From an uncultured delta proteobacterium (GTDB taxonomy: Bacteria; Desulfobacterota; Binatia; UBA9968): DNA of 64,000 bases. Position 1 is the first letter of the stretch. The number at the start of each line of letters is the position of its first letter. Positions 10,263 to 21,498 of the stretch are shown here, one piece after another. Under the pieces are notes generated by a model, which worked only from the letters and a program-made list of their open reading frames with translations, made no database searches and had not been told where the DNA came from. The position numbers and the translations under genes are program-made. The DNA lies in NCBI GenBank assembly GCA_963760795.1, contig CAVXEP010000022.1:192001-256000 (forward strand). Direction: 5' to 3'.

Positions 10263-10506
10263 CTATTCTTCCTGCCAAACATTTTCTGGATGGCGTTGCA
10301 TCAGTTCGTCGACGAATTGCGCGAACTCTCCCTTTGGCTTCCGAGCCGTCCGCTTGAATGCCGCCGTCATGGGCACCCAATAGACAGATGACACGGCCGT
10401 CGTTTTCAGTTATCTCGATGAATGAATTGGTGCCGAAAATGACCTGAACTCTTTTGTATCCGCGCTGCCGATCGCCTTCGACAACGACAGCTCTAATTTT
10501 CGCCAT
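10263..10506 (-). CDS. Small hypothetical protein (about 80 aa; probable frameshift near 10330)
   Basis: RBS GAGG; removing one G in a GGG run gives ...EAKGEFAQFVDELMQRHPENVWQEE*. Confidence 0.55.
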
Positions 10507-10561
10507 GTTGACCTCACGATTCGAATGCGCTGCTTTTTCTATTGCGGGCTATGTTCCACAG

Positions 10562-11593
10562 CTATTTCAGCAGCTCGCGCAGTTTACTGACCACCACCGG
10601 GTCTGCTTTAAAAAATCCATTGACGACCCGCTCCAATTCCTCGCCGGTTACCGGTGTCAATTCGAAGTTGCCTTTCTTCGCTTCGGCGACGAAATCCGCG
10701 TCTTTCATAGTTTCGAGAAACGCCCGGCGGAGGATCTGCACCCGGTCTTTCGGTGTGGCGGGAGGAAACGAATAGATGTAAGTGATCGCGCCGACATCGT
10801 GCAGCCCAAGTTGGAGCAGCTTTTTACCCATATCGGTTTTCGCCAAACTCACGGCGGTGGGCACGTCCGGAAGTTCGGGGTGCGGCGCCGGTGTATTTTG
10901 CAAGACGACTTTCACTTCGCCGGACTCCAGCTGCTTGCGCCAGGTCACTTTCACCGAAGCCCAGGCCAGGCCGCAAATCCCGGACACCTCATTGGCGTCG
11001 ATGGCGAGACGGATCTCCGCCGTGCCCTTATATCCGGAAACGATTTGCGTCGGCACACCTATGGCTTCGCGCAGTATGGCGACATTGTCATAGGCGCTTG
11101 ATCCCGGCGGCGTGGCTCCTATCTTCACCGGCGTCGGTGACGACAGCCACTTCTGCGCGCTGTCGATGCCGCTCGCTCGCGACATCACGCAGGTGTCATG
11201 GTTCTTTACCGGCGCGCCGACATATTCAAATTTGCGCGCGTCGAACTCGACGCCGCTGCGGCCGAGAACTTGATGCACCACCAGGTTGCCGATCCAATTG
11301 CCGAGCGTCAATCCGTCAGGTTTGGCCTGGCGATAGAGATAATTGGTGCCGATCAGGAACGCCGCTCCCGGCATGTTCTCAATCGCAAAGCTGGGATTGC
11401 CGGGAATATGCTTGCCCATGTGCCGGGCGATCATGCGCGAGTACGCATCGAAACCGCCGCCCGGCGTGGTCGCTACGACGATCCGAATGGTTTTGCCTTT
11501 GTAAAACTCCTCCGTGTAACCGGTCGACCGACTCAATACATGGGCCGCCGCCAGTACCGAGAAAATGATCCCCAAGCGCTTGCCAAATGTCAT
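10562..11593 (-). CDS. tctC: Tripartite tricarboxylate transporter substrate-binding protein (Bug/TctC)
   Basis: FYKGKTIRIVV..PGGGFD, NMPGA, KPDGLT, GYKG. Confidence 0.9.
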   Translation of the reverse strand: MTFGKRLGIIFSVLAAAHVLSRSTGYTEEFYKGKTIRIVVATTPGGGFDAYSRMIARHMGKHIPGNPSFAIENMPGAAFLIGTNYLYRQAKPDGLTLGNWIGNLVVHQVLGRSGVEFDARKFEYVGAPVKNHDTCVMSRASGIDSAQKWLSSPTPVKIGATPPGSSAYDNVAILREAIGVPTQIVSGYKGTAEIRLAIDANEVSGICGLAWASVKVTWRKQLESGEVKVVLQNTPAPHPELPDVPTAVSLAKTDMGKKLLQLGLHDVGAITYIYSFPPATPKDRVQILRRAFLETMKDADFVAEAKKGNFELTPVTGEELERVVNGFFKADPVVVSKLRELLK

Positions 11594-11790
11594 CGTTCAC
11601 CTCGCTCCGTTAATTATCATCTCTACCGGAACCCCGCCAGCTTTAACCCCGCGTGCGCACCAGTTCCGCCGGAAATTTATTCAAACAACACGGACCGTTT
11701 TAAAATCGCGAAAAAATCGCCGAGAAATTACCTGCGTGTGGCCCTCGTCGACGTTACTCCGCGTGCTCTGCGCCTGCGCAGACAGCTAAG

Positions 11791-11816
11791 AGGGCGGGTT
11801 TCAAACCCGTCCCTAC
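11791..11816 (-). repeat. GTAG-type REP palindrome
   Basis: Reverse strand GTAGGGACGGGTTTGAAACCCGCCCT. Confidence 0.75.
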
Positions 11817-11859
11817 GCATCCGACTCTTTTTTATATGCGCCCTTTGCGTTCTTTGCGG

Positions 11860-12983
11860 CTAATCGTCCTCATTCATCCCATATAGCCGCGCGCAATTGT
11901 CCCAAAGAATCTTACGTCGGCTGGCTATCGCCGATGTCTTTAATCTCGAAAAATTCATCGAGCGCATGGGGAAAATGCGCGTCGATGTGAGGGTAATCGG
12001 TGGAGATCAGAATCGTCTCGTCGCCGATCCGTTTGATCACGTCGGTGACAAGCTCTTCATCGGGGTCCATGGAGATGAAACACTGCTGCAAGAAATATTC
12101 GCTCGGCTGGCGCGACAGCGGCACATCGGCTAACGGCCCGTGCAACTTGGCCCGCTCATCGAGCCGGTAGAGCAGCCAGGGCAGCCAGGCGCAGTTGCCT
12201 TCGAGAAACGCGACGCGCAGCTTGGGAAACTTTTCGAGCACGCCGCCGGCGCAGAAGCAGGAAATCGCTTGAATCAGCTCCACCGGATTGCGCAGCGCCA
12301 GGGCGACGATGTTGGCGTTTGGATGGCCGAAAAATTTATTCGCCACTTGCTCCTGCTTGGGCCTGGCCGGCGGATGAAAGCATAGCGCCACGCCGAGCTT
12401 TTCGATCTCAGCCCAGAGCGGATCGAAATAGCGGTCATGGATGCGCTTGCCGTTGATCGGCTCGGGGCATAACGACAAGGCGCGGATGCCGAGCTCATTG
12501 ACCGCCCGGCGCACCTCGTCGACGGCTAAATCGACATCATGCAGCGTGATCAACGCCGAAGCTTTCAAACGGGCGGCATCTTCCTGGCAAAAATCTGCGA
12601 TCCAACTGTTCCACGCCTTGCAAAGATCGTTGGCGTACTCCGCTTCCAAGGTTTCGTCGCAGTGCAGCGGCGAGGTGCGGAACAACACCGCCATGTCCAA
12701 CCCTTCCATGTCCATGCCTTGCAGCTGCGACACCGGATCGTAGTCCCGCGCCACGGCGAAAGCATAGCGCTCGGCGACCTGCTGCTGGCCGTGGTTGATC
12801 ACGTCGGTGATCGCCCGCAGCGTTCGTGCCGCCGCCGAGCTTGAACTCGACGCGGCCATGCTTGCCGTTGCGCTGACCTTTCGGAATGCGTTCGCCCCAT
12901 TTGGGATTCATGTATTTGTCATAAAGATTCGCCGCGTCGTAAACATGCATGTCGCTGTCGAAGGTCTTGAAGCCATTTTTCAT
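11860..12983 (-). CDS. Amidohydrolase_2 family protein (frameshifts near 12848 and 11922)
   Basis: DSDMH, FDPLWAE, FHP, FPKLRVAFLEG, STDYPH; other frame gives RRKILWDNCARLYG. Confidence 0.88.
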
Positions 12984-13045
12984 TGGCTAGTCTCCCACGG
13001 TGGCTAAGTATCTTCGAAAACGTTTTGAACGGCTGGCTGGTCAAT

Positions 13046-14068
13046 TTACTTCTTCGGCAAAAGTAAGTCAGCCAACTTTTTCAAGACCTGTGGTGAAATA
13101 TTTTTAAATCCGGCGATGGTCGCAGCCAACTCCTCGCCAGTCATTGGATCGACTTCCTGCTGCGCGGTTTTGGCATCGGCCAGAAAGGCCGGATCCTTCA
13201 GTGTCGCCTGCACCGCGTTACGCAACGTTTGCACTTTATCCTTGGGAGTTCCCGGCGGCGCCGAGTAAGCAAGCGTGATCGCGTTCAAATCGTGGATGCC
13301 GACCTCGATCAGTTGTTTGGCCTCATCGGTTTTGGCGTAATTGATCGCCAATGGCACATGGGTCAATTCAGGAATCGACTTGCGGTTGGTTTGCAAAACC
13401 ACATGCACATCGCCGGCCTCATACTGGCGGCGCCAGCTGCTTTTTAACCCCTGCCAGCTCGTGCATTGCCCCGCAAGCTCACCCGCCTCCGCGGCCATAG
13501 TGATGTCCGCGGTGCCTTTGTAGCCTTGGACCAACTGAATCGGCAGATTAAGCGCGGCTTTGAGAATCGTCGAAATATCATCAGGACGCGTGCCCGGCAC
13601 CTGGCCGCCCATCTTCACCGGTATTTTCGCCGCCTGCCATTTTTCCATGCTGTTGATGCCGCTAGCCTTGGTAAACGCGCACAGCATGGTCTGCTGCACC
13701 GGCACGCCGATCCATTCGAACTTGAGCGGATCGAATTCCAAGCCGGTCCCGCCAAGCATTTTTTGCAGCGTCAAACTGCCGACCCATACGCCGATGGTCA
13801 AACCGTCCGGTTTGCTGCGATTGTAGAGATGATTGGCCGCGATCACCGTGCCGGCGCCGGGCATGTTTTGCACCACGACGATCGGATTGCCGGGAATATT
13901 GCGTCCCAGATGGCGCGCCACGATGCGCGTCATGGTATCGAAACCACCGCCCGGCGGCGCGCCGACTAGAAAGGTCACCGTCTTGCCGCGGTAGTAGGAT
14001 TCCTGAGCGCCAACCAGAGGAGCCAAAAAAAACAGCAACAGCAAAGTTAACACACGTGCAACAAACAT
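13046..14068 (-). CDS. tctC: Tripartite tricarboxylate transporter substrate-binding protein (Bug/TctC)
   Basis: YYRGKTV..PPGGGFD, NMPGAG, KPDGLT, GYKG. Confidence 0.9.
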   Translation of the reverse strand: MFVARVLTLLLLFFLAPLVGAQESYYRGKTVTFLVGAPPGGGFDTMTRIVARHLGRNIPGNPIVVVQNMPGAGTVIAANHLYNRSKPDGLTIGVWVGSLTLQKMLGGTGLEFDPLKFEWIGVPVQQTMLCAFTKASGINSMEKWQAAKIPVKMGGQVPGTRPDDISTILKAALNLPIQLVQGYKGTADITMAAEAGELAGQCTSWQGLKSSWRRQYEAGDVHVVLQTNRKSIPELTHVPLAINYAKTDEAKQLIEVGIHDLNAITLAYSAPPGTPKDKVQTLRNAVQATLKDPAFLADAKTAQQEVDPMTGEELAATIAGFKNISPQVLKKLADLLLPKK

Positions 14069-14088
14069 AACTTTCCCCCCGGAATTAT

Positions 14089-15048
14089 TTATGATTTGGG
14101 CTTGATCCCCAGCTCGCGCTGGGCGTCGCGGAGGAACGTAAGATCGGCGACTTCGGAGTTCACCACCGCGCGCTCGATCTTCATCGCCTCACGGCCCTGA
14201 TCGATGACCAGTTTAAGCCCGCTCTCCGACATGCCGCCGTCTTCGCTGAAGATTTTCCAAGTCGAGTCATAGGTCGCCGCCGCGCTTTCCCGGTCGACTT
14301 TGATCCAGTCCATCATGGTCTGAATCGTTCCCTCGCGATTGGCACGAACGAAGCGATTGGCCTTGAGCATGGCTCTAACCATGCGTTTCACCTCGTCGGG
14401 TTTCTCCTTGATCTTTTTCAAGTTCGTGCCGATGCCGGTAAACGGCAGCTTGAACAACTCGTGGAAGCGCGACAGCACGCGAAAACCGCTGCGCTGTGCT
14501 TCCGTATCCGTGGGCGGGGACAACACCGCGACGTCGACGATGCCCTCTTTCAACGCCGCGTAACGCCCTCTTTCGGCGCCGAGCTGAATGATTTTCAATT
14601 CCTTCTCCGGATCGACGCCGCCGTGCTTCATCATCATGCGCGCCGCCACGTCGGAGGTCGCGCCGTAGGTGCTGACCGCCAAAGTCTTGCCTTTCAAATC
14701 GCGAATGGTCTTGTACTCCGGCCGGGCAATCAGCAGATGGGTCGAGCTGTCCATGAAACTGGCAACCACTTTCATCGGCAGGCCGCGCAACGCGCCGCGC
14801 ACCACCGAGGCGAAAACCATGGTGTAATCGATATCCCCAGTGGCCAGCGCCGTGATCGAGACATTGGCGTTCATACGAATCAATTCCACGTCCAACCCCT
14901 CATCGCGAAACATGCCGCGCTTCTGGGCCACACCGGCGGTTAGAAATGACACATCCACCGCCGAGATCGACATGCGCACTTTGTCGGCGGCCTCGCCGAC
15001 TCCCTATACATCAACAGAAATAACAAACTTAAAAGCCATACTCTTCAT
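14089..15048 (-). CDS. NMT1/THI5-like substrate-binding protein (signal-peptide region disrupted by indels)
   Basis: GMFRDEGLDVELI, DLKGKT, tail DLTFLRDAQRELG; hydrophobic RVWLLSLLFLLM lies in an adjacent frame after ATG 15048. Confidence 0.85.
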
Positions 15049-15073
15049 CCGAAACACCTCAATTCTGACATGC

Positions 15074-16036
15074 TCAGCGAATCTCTTTATGAATCTGCCG
15101 CACCAGCGAATAATCGACGATATCGCGAATATTGATTTCTTTCTTCACCCCGGTCTCCGCTTTGGTCTGCTCCAACAAGTCTTTCAACACCGCGTCGCTT
15201 ACCGTGCCGTCGTCGCTCAAGGTTTGCAAAACGATCCGGTGCGTCGCCTCAGCGGTAGCGGGATCGAGACCGAACCTGCGGCCGATGAATTCCACCACAT
15301 CTTTCTTGTCTTCCTTGACCGCTTTCAACGAGCGAAGAAAGCCGCGCAGCATCTTTTTGATCTGCTCGGGATTGCGCTCGATACGCTCTCTTGAAGTGGC
15401 GATGCCGGTTAGCGGCTGGGTCAGCACCTTACCCGTGAAGATCAACTCCTTGAAGCCCTTTTGCGTCAGGCGAAAATTCCACGGCACCGGCATGATCGCC
15501 GCCTCCACTGAGCCGGCTTCCAGTGCCGCCATACGGATCGACGCCGCGCCGATAACGATCAAGGTCACGTCTTTGTCGGGGTCGACCCCCAGGGCTCTCA
15601 ACGACGCCCTGGTCGCCAGCGCGCCGGTGCCGCTGAGCGAGGCCACCGCGACTTTCTTGCCCTTCAAATCCTGGCCGGACTGTATGTTCGGATTGCCCAT
15701 TAGATAGAACAAGAGGCTCTTGAAATCATGGGACACCACTTTCATCGGCAGACCGCGCACCGCTGCGGTGATTGCCGTGCCGGCGCCGTACATGAAGTCG
15801 ACATCCTTGCCGCCGACAATGGAGCTCACCGCCAGCTCGCCGCGCAGCACGCGAAACTGGAGATCGATGCCCTCCTTGCGGTACAAGCCCTTCTCGATGC
15901 CGTAAATTAGCGGCGTGATGCTGATACTCTCGCTCGAATGGGTGATCAGCAGTTTGTCCAGCGGTTGTGCCACGCCGCTCGTGGGAGCAAGGAGACAGAC
16001 TAGAAGTAAGATAAAGGGAAGAATGGGAAGTTTCAC
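15074..16036 (-). CDS. NMT1/THI5-like substrate-binding protein
   Basis: Signal peptide, GLYRKEGIDL, DLKGKKVAV, GVDPDKDV. Confidence 0.88.
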   Translation of the reverse strand: MKLPILPFILLLVCLLAPTSGVAQPLDKLLITHSSESISITPLIYGIEKGLYRKEGIDLQFRVLRGELAVSSIVGGKDVDFMYGAGTAITAAVRGLPMKVVSHDFKSLLFYLMGNPNIQSGQDLKGKKVAVASLSGTGALATRASLRALGVDPDKDVTLIVIGAASIRMAALEAGSVEAAIMPVPWNFRLTQKGFKELIFTGKVLTQPLTGIATSRERIERNPEQIKKMLRGFLRSLKAVKEDKKDVVEFIGRRFGLDPATAEATHRIVLQTLSDDGTVSDAVLKDLLEQTKAETGVKKEINIRDIVDYSLVRQIHKEIR

Positions 16037-16264
16037 CGGTGCTAGTTCACTCCTGGCTGAAAAATTAGCGAATCCACCCTGGCGTCACAGATCGTTATCG
16101 CTGACGGATAGGATTTACTTACCTGGTTTGAAATAGCAGATACAACCGCATCGCGGCAATGAATTTACCGCAACAGGATGAGCAGTCAGCCGATCGGAAC
16201 TAAACGCAAAACCGATGAGTCTATCAACCTTGGCAATGGGAGGAGCCGGAATCCCCCTTAGTTG

Positions 16265-16301
16265 CCGCACTCCATGGCCGGTCACGGGCCATGGAGTGCG
16301 G
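16265..16301. other. 15-bp perfect inverted repeat downstream of the PQQ dehydrogenase pair
   Basis: ccgcactccatggcc-N7-ggccatggagtgcgg; no U-tract on the minus strand, so a terminator role is uncertain. Confidence 0.55.
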
Positions 16302-16330
16302 TTTAGAGGTCGGCGCTGAGAATGGCAATG

Positions 16331-18055
16331 CTACGGTTGGACCTCGATGCTCAGCGCTTTCGACAATGAGACACCGAGGGCATCGGTCACTTCGAAAGTC
16401 AGGTTGGCAGTGCCGGCAGTGGTCGGCGTGCCGGTAATTTTTCCGGTCGCCGGAGCCATGGTTAGGCCCGCCGGCAGGGTGCCGGCCGTGATCGACCAGG
16501 TATGGGGAATTTTGCCAGACATGGCTGCTAAGTCGGCAAGATATCTTCGTCCAACTCGGCCCGTGGGTAGGCTATTCGTGGCGAATACCAGCGCCCGATA
16601 GATCCGCGATTGAAAGTCCTTGGTCGTCGATGCCCCACTCTGCTCCGTCACTTGCACGGAGAACGAATATTTTTTCATTTTGGTCGGAGTCCCGGTAATC
16701 GCATTGTTGACGATGGCGAGGCCGTCCGGCAGCGCACCGCTCAATAGTGTAACCGCATATGGCGCCGTGCCACCGGCAAGACTCAAGTCCAAATTGAATG
16801 GCACACCGAGTTCGCCGTCGGCCACCGACGATGCGCCAATTTCCACGACCCGATGAACGACATAAATCGCGCCATCGCTGATCGAAAGCACGTAGAGCAG
16901 TCCGTCCGGGCCGGTTCTCACGTCTGAGATGCTTCCGAAATCGGTGCCGAGCCGAACATCATTGCGCTCGTTGGCGCTGTCCGCCACTTTATCGCGCAAA
17001 TCTTCGAGGAGTGTAAAATCTATACCGTCGCGCCGTTTGTTCAGTTCAAACCTGGAGAGATTGCCAAACACATAGTCGCCAATAAAAAGGTTGTTTTCAT
17101 ACTCGGGGCCCAATTCCAGAGAATCGACAAACGCCATTCCCGTCAACCCGACGGACTCAAACCAGGAGAATTCGGGATCCGAATAACGCGACCGCGTCAG
17201 AGAAAACAAATCCGCCTCGTTTTCGCCTTCCAGGTCACGACTCATCGGCCCCTGAATCTTATTCCAGCCGCTGTTGAAACCCGGCGCGACGAGATTGATT
17301 TCATCCCAATTAGCCGGACCGTTCTCGGTGTTCCAGAGTTTCCCGCTTACCGGATCAAACGCCATGCCGAATGAATTGCGAATACCGTAGGCGAAATACT
17401 TCGCCACGACTCCGCCCTGAGAATAAAAAGGATTGTTCTTCGGCGCCGTGCCATCGTCATTGAGCCGGAGAATGACCGATGTATCGTTGGGCGCGGCGCC
17501 GCCGGAATTGTTTTGCAATTGCCCGGACAGCCCTTGATCGCCGACGGTGACATAAAGTTTGCCATCCGGGCCGAAAGCCATGACGCCGCTGTAGTTTCCC
17601 GAAGTAGCGGAAAACGGCAGACTCATAATCAGCAGCGGTGCGGTTAAGGCGCCGCTCGCGCTATCCCAGGTGTAGCGGTAGATGCGGTTCGCCACTGCCG
17701 AACCGAGAGTATCGTTGCCGCCGCTCCCTTCGGTGTAAAACAAGTACACATACTTGTTGGTCTGAAAATTCGGATGTATCGCAATACCGAGCAGCCCGCC
17801 GAACGACCGCGGGTCGACATCCACATCCAGCACCGGATTGGCCAGCAACGCACCGTTGAGGACACGGCGCACTTTACCGTCGTTTTTTTGCAATACCAGA
17901 ATGTCGTCCACGCCGATAAATGCCATGGACGATGGAATGTCCAAGGTATCGGCGACGAGACTTACGGTTAAATTCGGGTCAAGTATTGTCGGCTGCGCGT
18001 AGGCGGAAACGGCGTTGATACAAAGTGCAACCAGAGCATAGCAAAGCTTCCTCAT
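16331..18055 (-). CDS. Exported PQQ-dependent sugar dehydrogenase (GSDH) fold + two putative Ig (He_PIG) domains
   Basis: AFGPDGKLY, YGIRNSFG, ENGP..DEIN, PGFNSGW; C-terminal GGTAPY...GALPDGL...ITGTP x2; RBS GGAGG. Confidence 0.88.
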   Translation of the reverse strand: MRKLCYALVALCINAVSAYAQPTILDPNLTVSLVADTLDIPSSMAFIGVDDILVLQKNDGKVRRVLNGALLANPVLDVDVDPRSFGGLLGIAIHPNFQTNKYVYLFYTEGSGGNDTLGSAVANRIYRYTWDSASGALTAPLLIMSLPFSATSGNYSGVMAFGPDGKLYVTVGDQGLSGQLQNNSGGAAPNDTSVILRLNDDGTAPKNNPFYSQGGVVAKYFAYGIRNSFGMAFDPVSGKLWNTENGPANWDEINLVAPGFNSGWNKIQGPMSRDLEGENEADLFSLTRSRYSDPEFSWFESVGLTGMAFVDSLELGPEYENNLFIGDYVFGNLSRFELNKRRDGIDFTLLEDLRDKVADSANERNDVRLGTDFGSISDVRTGPDGLLYVLSISDGAIYVVHRVVEIGASSVADGELGVPFNLDLSLAGGTAPYAVTLLSGALPDGLAIVNNAITGTPTKMKKYSFSVQVTEQSGASTTKDFQSRIYRALVFATNSLPTGRVGRRYLADLAAMSGKIPHTWSITAGTLPAGLTMAPATGKITGTPTTAGTANLTFEVTDALGVSLSKALSIEVQP

Positions 18056-18085
18056 GATCAACCTCCTCGAAACGAACTAGGCCTG

Positions 18086-18101
18086 AGCAATTTGGGGGCC
18101 G
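18086..18101 (-). promoter_or_regulatory. sigma54-like promoter
   Basis: Minus strand CGGCCCCCAAATTGCT (GG-N10-GC), 31 nt upstream of ATG 18055. Confidence 0.55.
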
Positions 18102-18402
18102 TTAATCGACGAGGAAACTTGGTGGAAATGCATTCCAGCCCATGCGAAGGATTACCGGAATGGCCTATCAAGACTAGATTGATGACATAAAGGCACAATT
18201 TATCATGTGACCTGCGATCAAATAGGCGTTTATGGAATTAACAAAACTGTCCGCTCGGGCATAATAACTGAAGAAATAGAATGGCAACTTCCACGATCAC
18301 CGCGCGTTGCAAGGAAGGGCCCGGACAACCGCCTGGGCTGCGTCAGCGGGCTCACTCAACGCCAGGCTTCGACAAAACAGACTCGGACGCCAGCGCGACG
18401 GA

Positions 18403-20104
18403 TCATTTCACTGTGAAGACAAACTCTTTCTGCGCCGTGCCGCCGAGGACATCGGTCACCCGAAAGGTAAGGTTTACGCTGGCCGCAACCAGTGGTGCGC
18501 CGGCGATCCTGCCGGTCACCGGGTCCAAGGCTAGTCCCGCCGGCAAGACACCGGAAACCAAGGACCAGGAATAAGCCTTTTTCCCGCCCCGTGGCGATAA
18601 GCGGCGCGGAGAATTTTCTACCAACGCGGCCAATCGGTAGTCGATTTGTCGCGATGGCGACGGCTGTCACGATTTTCAAGCGATAGCTTCTGCTCGCCGA
18701 CGCGCCGGCCGCGTCGTCAAACTTTAGGGTGAAGACAGACTGGCGTGCTTGGCTCGGAGTCCCAGTGATATTCGTACCGCCAACGGTGAGTCCCAAAGGC
18801 AAAGTGCCTCTAACAAGTGTAGCGACATAGGGCGGAGTACCTCCTGCGACAGCCAGGCCGCCATTATACGCAACGCCAACTTCACCGTCTGGCAGGGTCG
18901 CACTTCCCAGACTGAGACCGGGCTCGATGACATACACCGCACCGTCGCCTATCGAAACTACGTACAGCTTGCCATCGGGACCCAGTTTTATGTCTGTGAT
19001 ACCGCTAAACCCCATGCCGACGCGTACGGATTCCCGTTCCGCAACGCTGTCGGCGACGAGATCGGCGAGCCCGCCGCTCAGAGAAAAACCGTCACGAGAT
19101 TGATTGAGCGGGAGACGATAGAGATTGCCGTTATTCACATCGCCCACCAGTGCGCTGTTTTGATAATCGGCAGCGAACAATTGGGAATTCGGAAATGCGA
19201 TCGCGGTCACTCCCACCGGCGCCAACCAGGAAAACTCAGGATCGGCGTAGTGGGCGCCAGCGACGGCAAATAAATCCGCGACACTGTTGGCGTTGCGGCT
19301 ATCTGGCCCCATCAACTTGCGCCAACCGCTGTTGAACCCGGCTTCGACGATATTGACCTCGTCGTAACTGTCGGGGCCGTTTTCCGTATTCCACAGCTTT
19401 CCGGTCACCGGATCGAATGCCATGCCGAAAGAATTTCTGATGCCGTAGGCAAAATATTTCGCCAGATTACCGCCCTGGGCAAAGAACGGATTATCACTGG
19501 GCACCGTGCCGTCGTCGTTGAGGCGCAAGATAACCGAACTATCGTCGGGCGCGCCCGTGGCATTATTTTGCAGTTGGCCATTACGGTTGAGATCGCCGAT
19601 GACAATGTAAAGCTTGCCGTCTGGACCGAAGGCAATGACACCACCGTTATGGTTCGGCCCCGGGGAAATCGGCAGGTCAGCGATCAGCGTTCCAGGAGCC
19701 GCTAACGTGCTGCCATTCCAGCTGTAACGATAGACGCGATTGGCCGTACCATTACCGGAATCATCGCCCGAACTAGTCTCGCTGAAATAGAGATAAACAA
19801 AAGCCGTAACCGGGAAGTTTGGATGCAACGCGATTCCCAGCAAACCCCGCTCGGACTGCCCATCGACATTAAGGTCGAGGACCGCGGCGGATTGCAGCAC
19901 GCCCGCCGTAACCCGTCGGACTCTACCATCGTTCTTTTGTAAGACTAGAAAATCGTTTGCACCGATAAACGCCATCGTCGTCGGCTCGCTGAGCCCCGCG
20001 ACCACTTGGCGTACGCTGAGACCTGGATCGGTCAAAATCGGCGCGCCCCAGACAACTTCTGCGCTAAGAATCAGCGCAAATAAAAAAACCATAATCCGCT
20101 GCAT
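18403..20104 (-). CDS. Exported PQQ-dependent sugar dehydrogenase (GSDH) + two He_PIG domains (frameshift near 18590)
   Basis: ERGLLGIALHPNF, PNHNGG, YGIRNSFG, ENGPDSYDEVN; second Ig domain completed in ORF 18403-18633. Confidence 0.88.
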
Positions 20105-20142
20105 ATTTGGTCCCCCGCCCCAATGCTAACAATCTAGTTTAG

Positions 20143-20158
20143 AGCAAAACAAGGGCCC
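20143..20158 (-). promoter_or_regulatory. sigma54-like promoter
   Basis: Minus strand GGGCCCTTGTTTTGCT (GG-N10-GC), 39 nt upstream of ATG 20104. Confidence 0.55.
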
Positions 20159-20423
20159 TAGCTTTCCCAGTCGATCGTTTTGTCCTGATTCTGATCGATC
20201 CCTGACAAACCCCGTCATACTTCCAGGTATCCCGAAGGAGCGGCGGCCAAACAAGGTCCGCCGGCTGCTGATCTTGTAGTTAGTCTATCCTGGATCGGCG
20301 ACGGCAAATTTGATAAGCAGCAAGACATCAGTTAATCGTCAGCTAGGTTTTGCCCATCCGCCCTAAAATAGCGGATGCAACTGCGGCGCGGCAATGATTT
20401 GCCGGAAAGAATATGAGGTAGTT

Positions 20424-21477
20424 ATGAACGGCCCAATCGCCAACGTCGAAGAACTCGATCGCCGCCTCGGTGAGAAATGGATCTCCGGCATCTGGCGTAT
20501 CCCCGCCGGTGCTCGTCCCGGCGATCCCAAGACCAAGGTAATACCGCACCTGTGGAAATGGGCCGACATCTACGACGGCCTGCTGCAAGCGCGCGATCAG
20601 ATCGCCGTCGAGCGCGGCGCCGCCGAACGGCGCACGCTCAGATTGGTCAATCCCGGCGTGCAAGACATCGAGATGACCACGCACACTTTGCTAATGTCAT
20701 TGCAGATGATTCAGCCCGGCGAAGTCGCGCCGCCACACCGCCACACCATGTCGGCGATCCGCTTCATCTTGCAGGGCAAGGGCGCTTACACCAACGTCGA
20801 CCAGCAAAAGATGGTAATGGAAGACGGCGATTTGATCCTCACGCCGTGCTGGGCCTGGCACGAGCATGCCCATGACGGCGCCGAGCCGATGGTCTGGATC
20901 GACGGCCTCGACGTGCCGTTCGTGCAGTCGTTGCAAGTGATCTCCTTCGAACCCTTCCCGGAAAAGCGCATGCCGTTGGCCGAACCGCGATATGACACCA
21001 GCGCCTACGGCATGGCCCGGCCGGTCACCGGCGATGAACCAGCGCCCACCGCGCCGCTGCACTACCGCTGGCGTGATATTTATCCGGCGCTGAAAAAGCT
21101 CTCCGAAGGCCCGGCCAATCCCTACGAAGGCTACGCCATGGAATATGTCAATCCGCTCACCGGCGGACCGACCCTGCCGACCATGTCCTGTTGGATACAG
21201 TTATTGAAACCCGGCCAGCGCACCCAAGCGCACCGCCATACCAGCACGGCGATCTACCACGCCTTCCGCGGCGAAGGCACGACGGTGATCGACGGTAAAC
21301 CATTCCACTGGCAAAAGGGCGACTGCTTCGTCGTGCCGCTTTGGCACTGGCATGAGCACGCCAACACCGTCGGCAAGCGACGATGCGATTCTCTTCTCGA
21401 TGAACGACGCGCCGGTGCTAAAACCGTTTGGCCTGTACCGCGAAGAAGGGCCGGGCAAATCTCAATTGGGGCTGTAG
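20424..21477 (+). CDS. Gentisate 1,2-dioxygenase-like bicupin (frameshift near 21376)
   Basis: PHLWKW, ERRTLRLVNPG, PGEVAPPHRH, WHEH, WIDGLDVP, YVNPLTGG, HRHT; corrected tail DDAILFSMNDAPVLKPFGLYRE. Confidence 0.88.
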
Positions 21478-21498
21478 CACTGGAATCCGCCTTTCGGT

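Noticed and set aside
11740-11790. ALVDVTPRALRLRRQL resembles the TypA/BipA C-terminus
   Set aside because: Only 16 aa with no upstream support; could be chance
15004-15006. In-frame TAG between ATG 15048 and the SBP body (pyrrolysine/readthrough)
   Set aside because: A proper hydrophobic signal (RVWLLSLLFLLM) lies in the neighbouring frame; two compensating indels explain it
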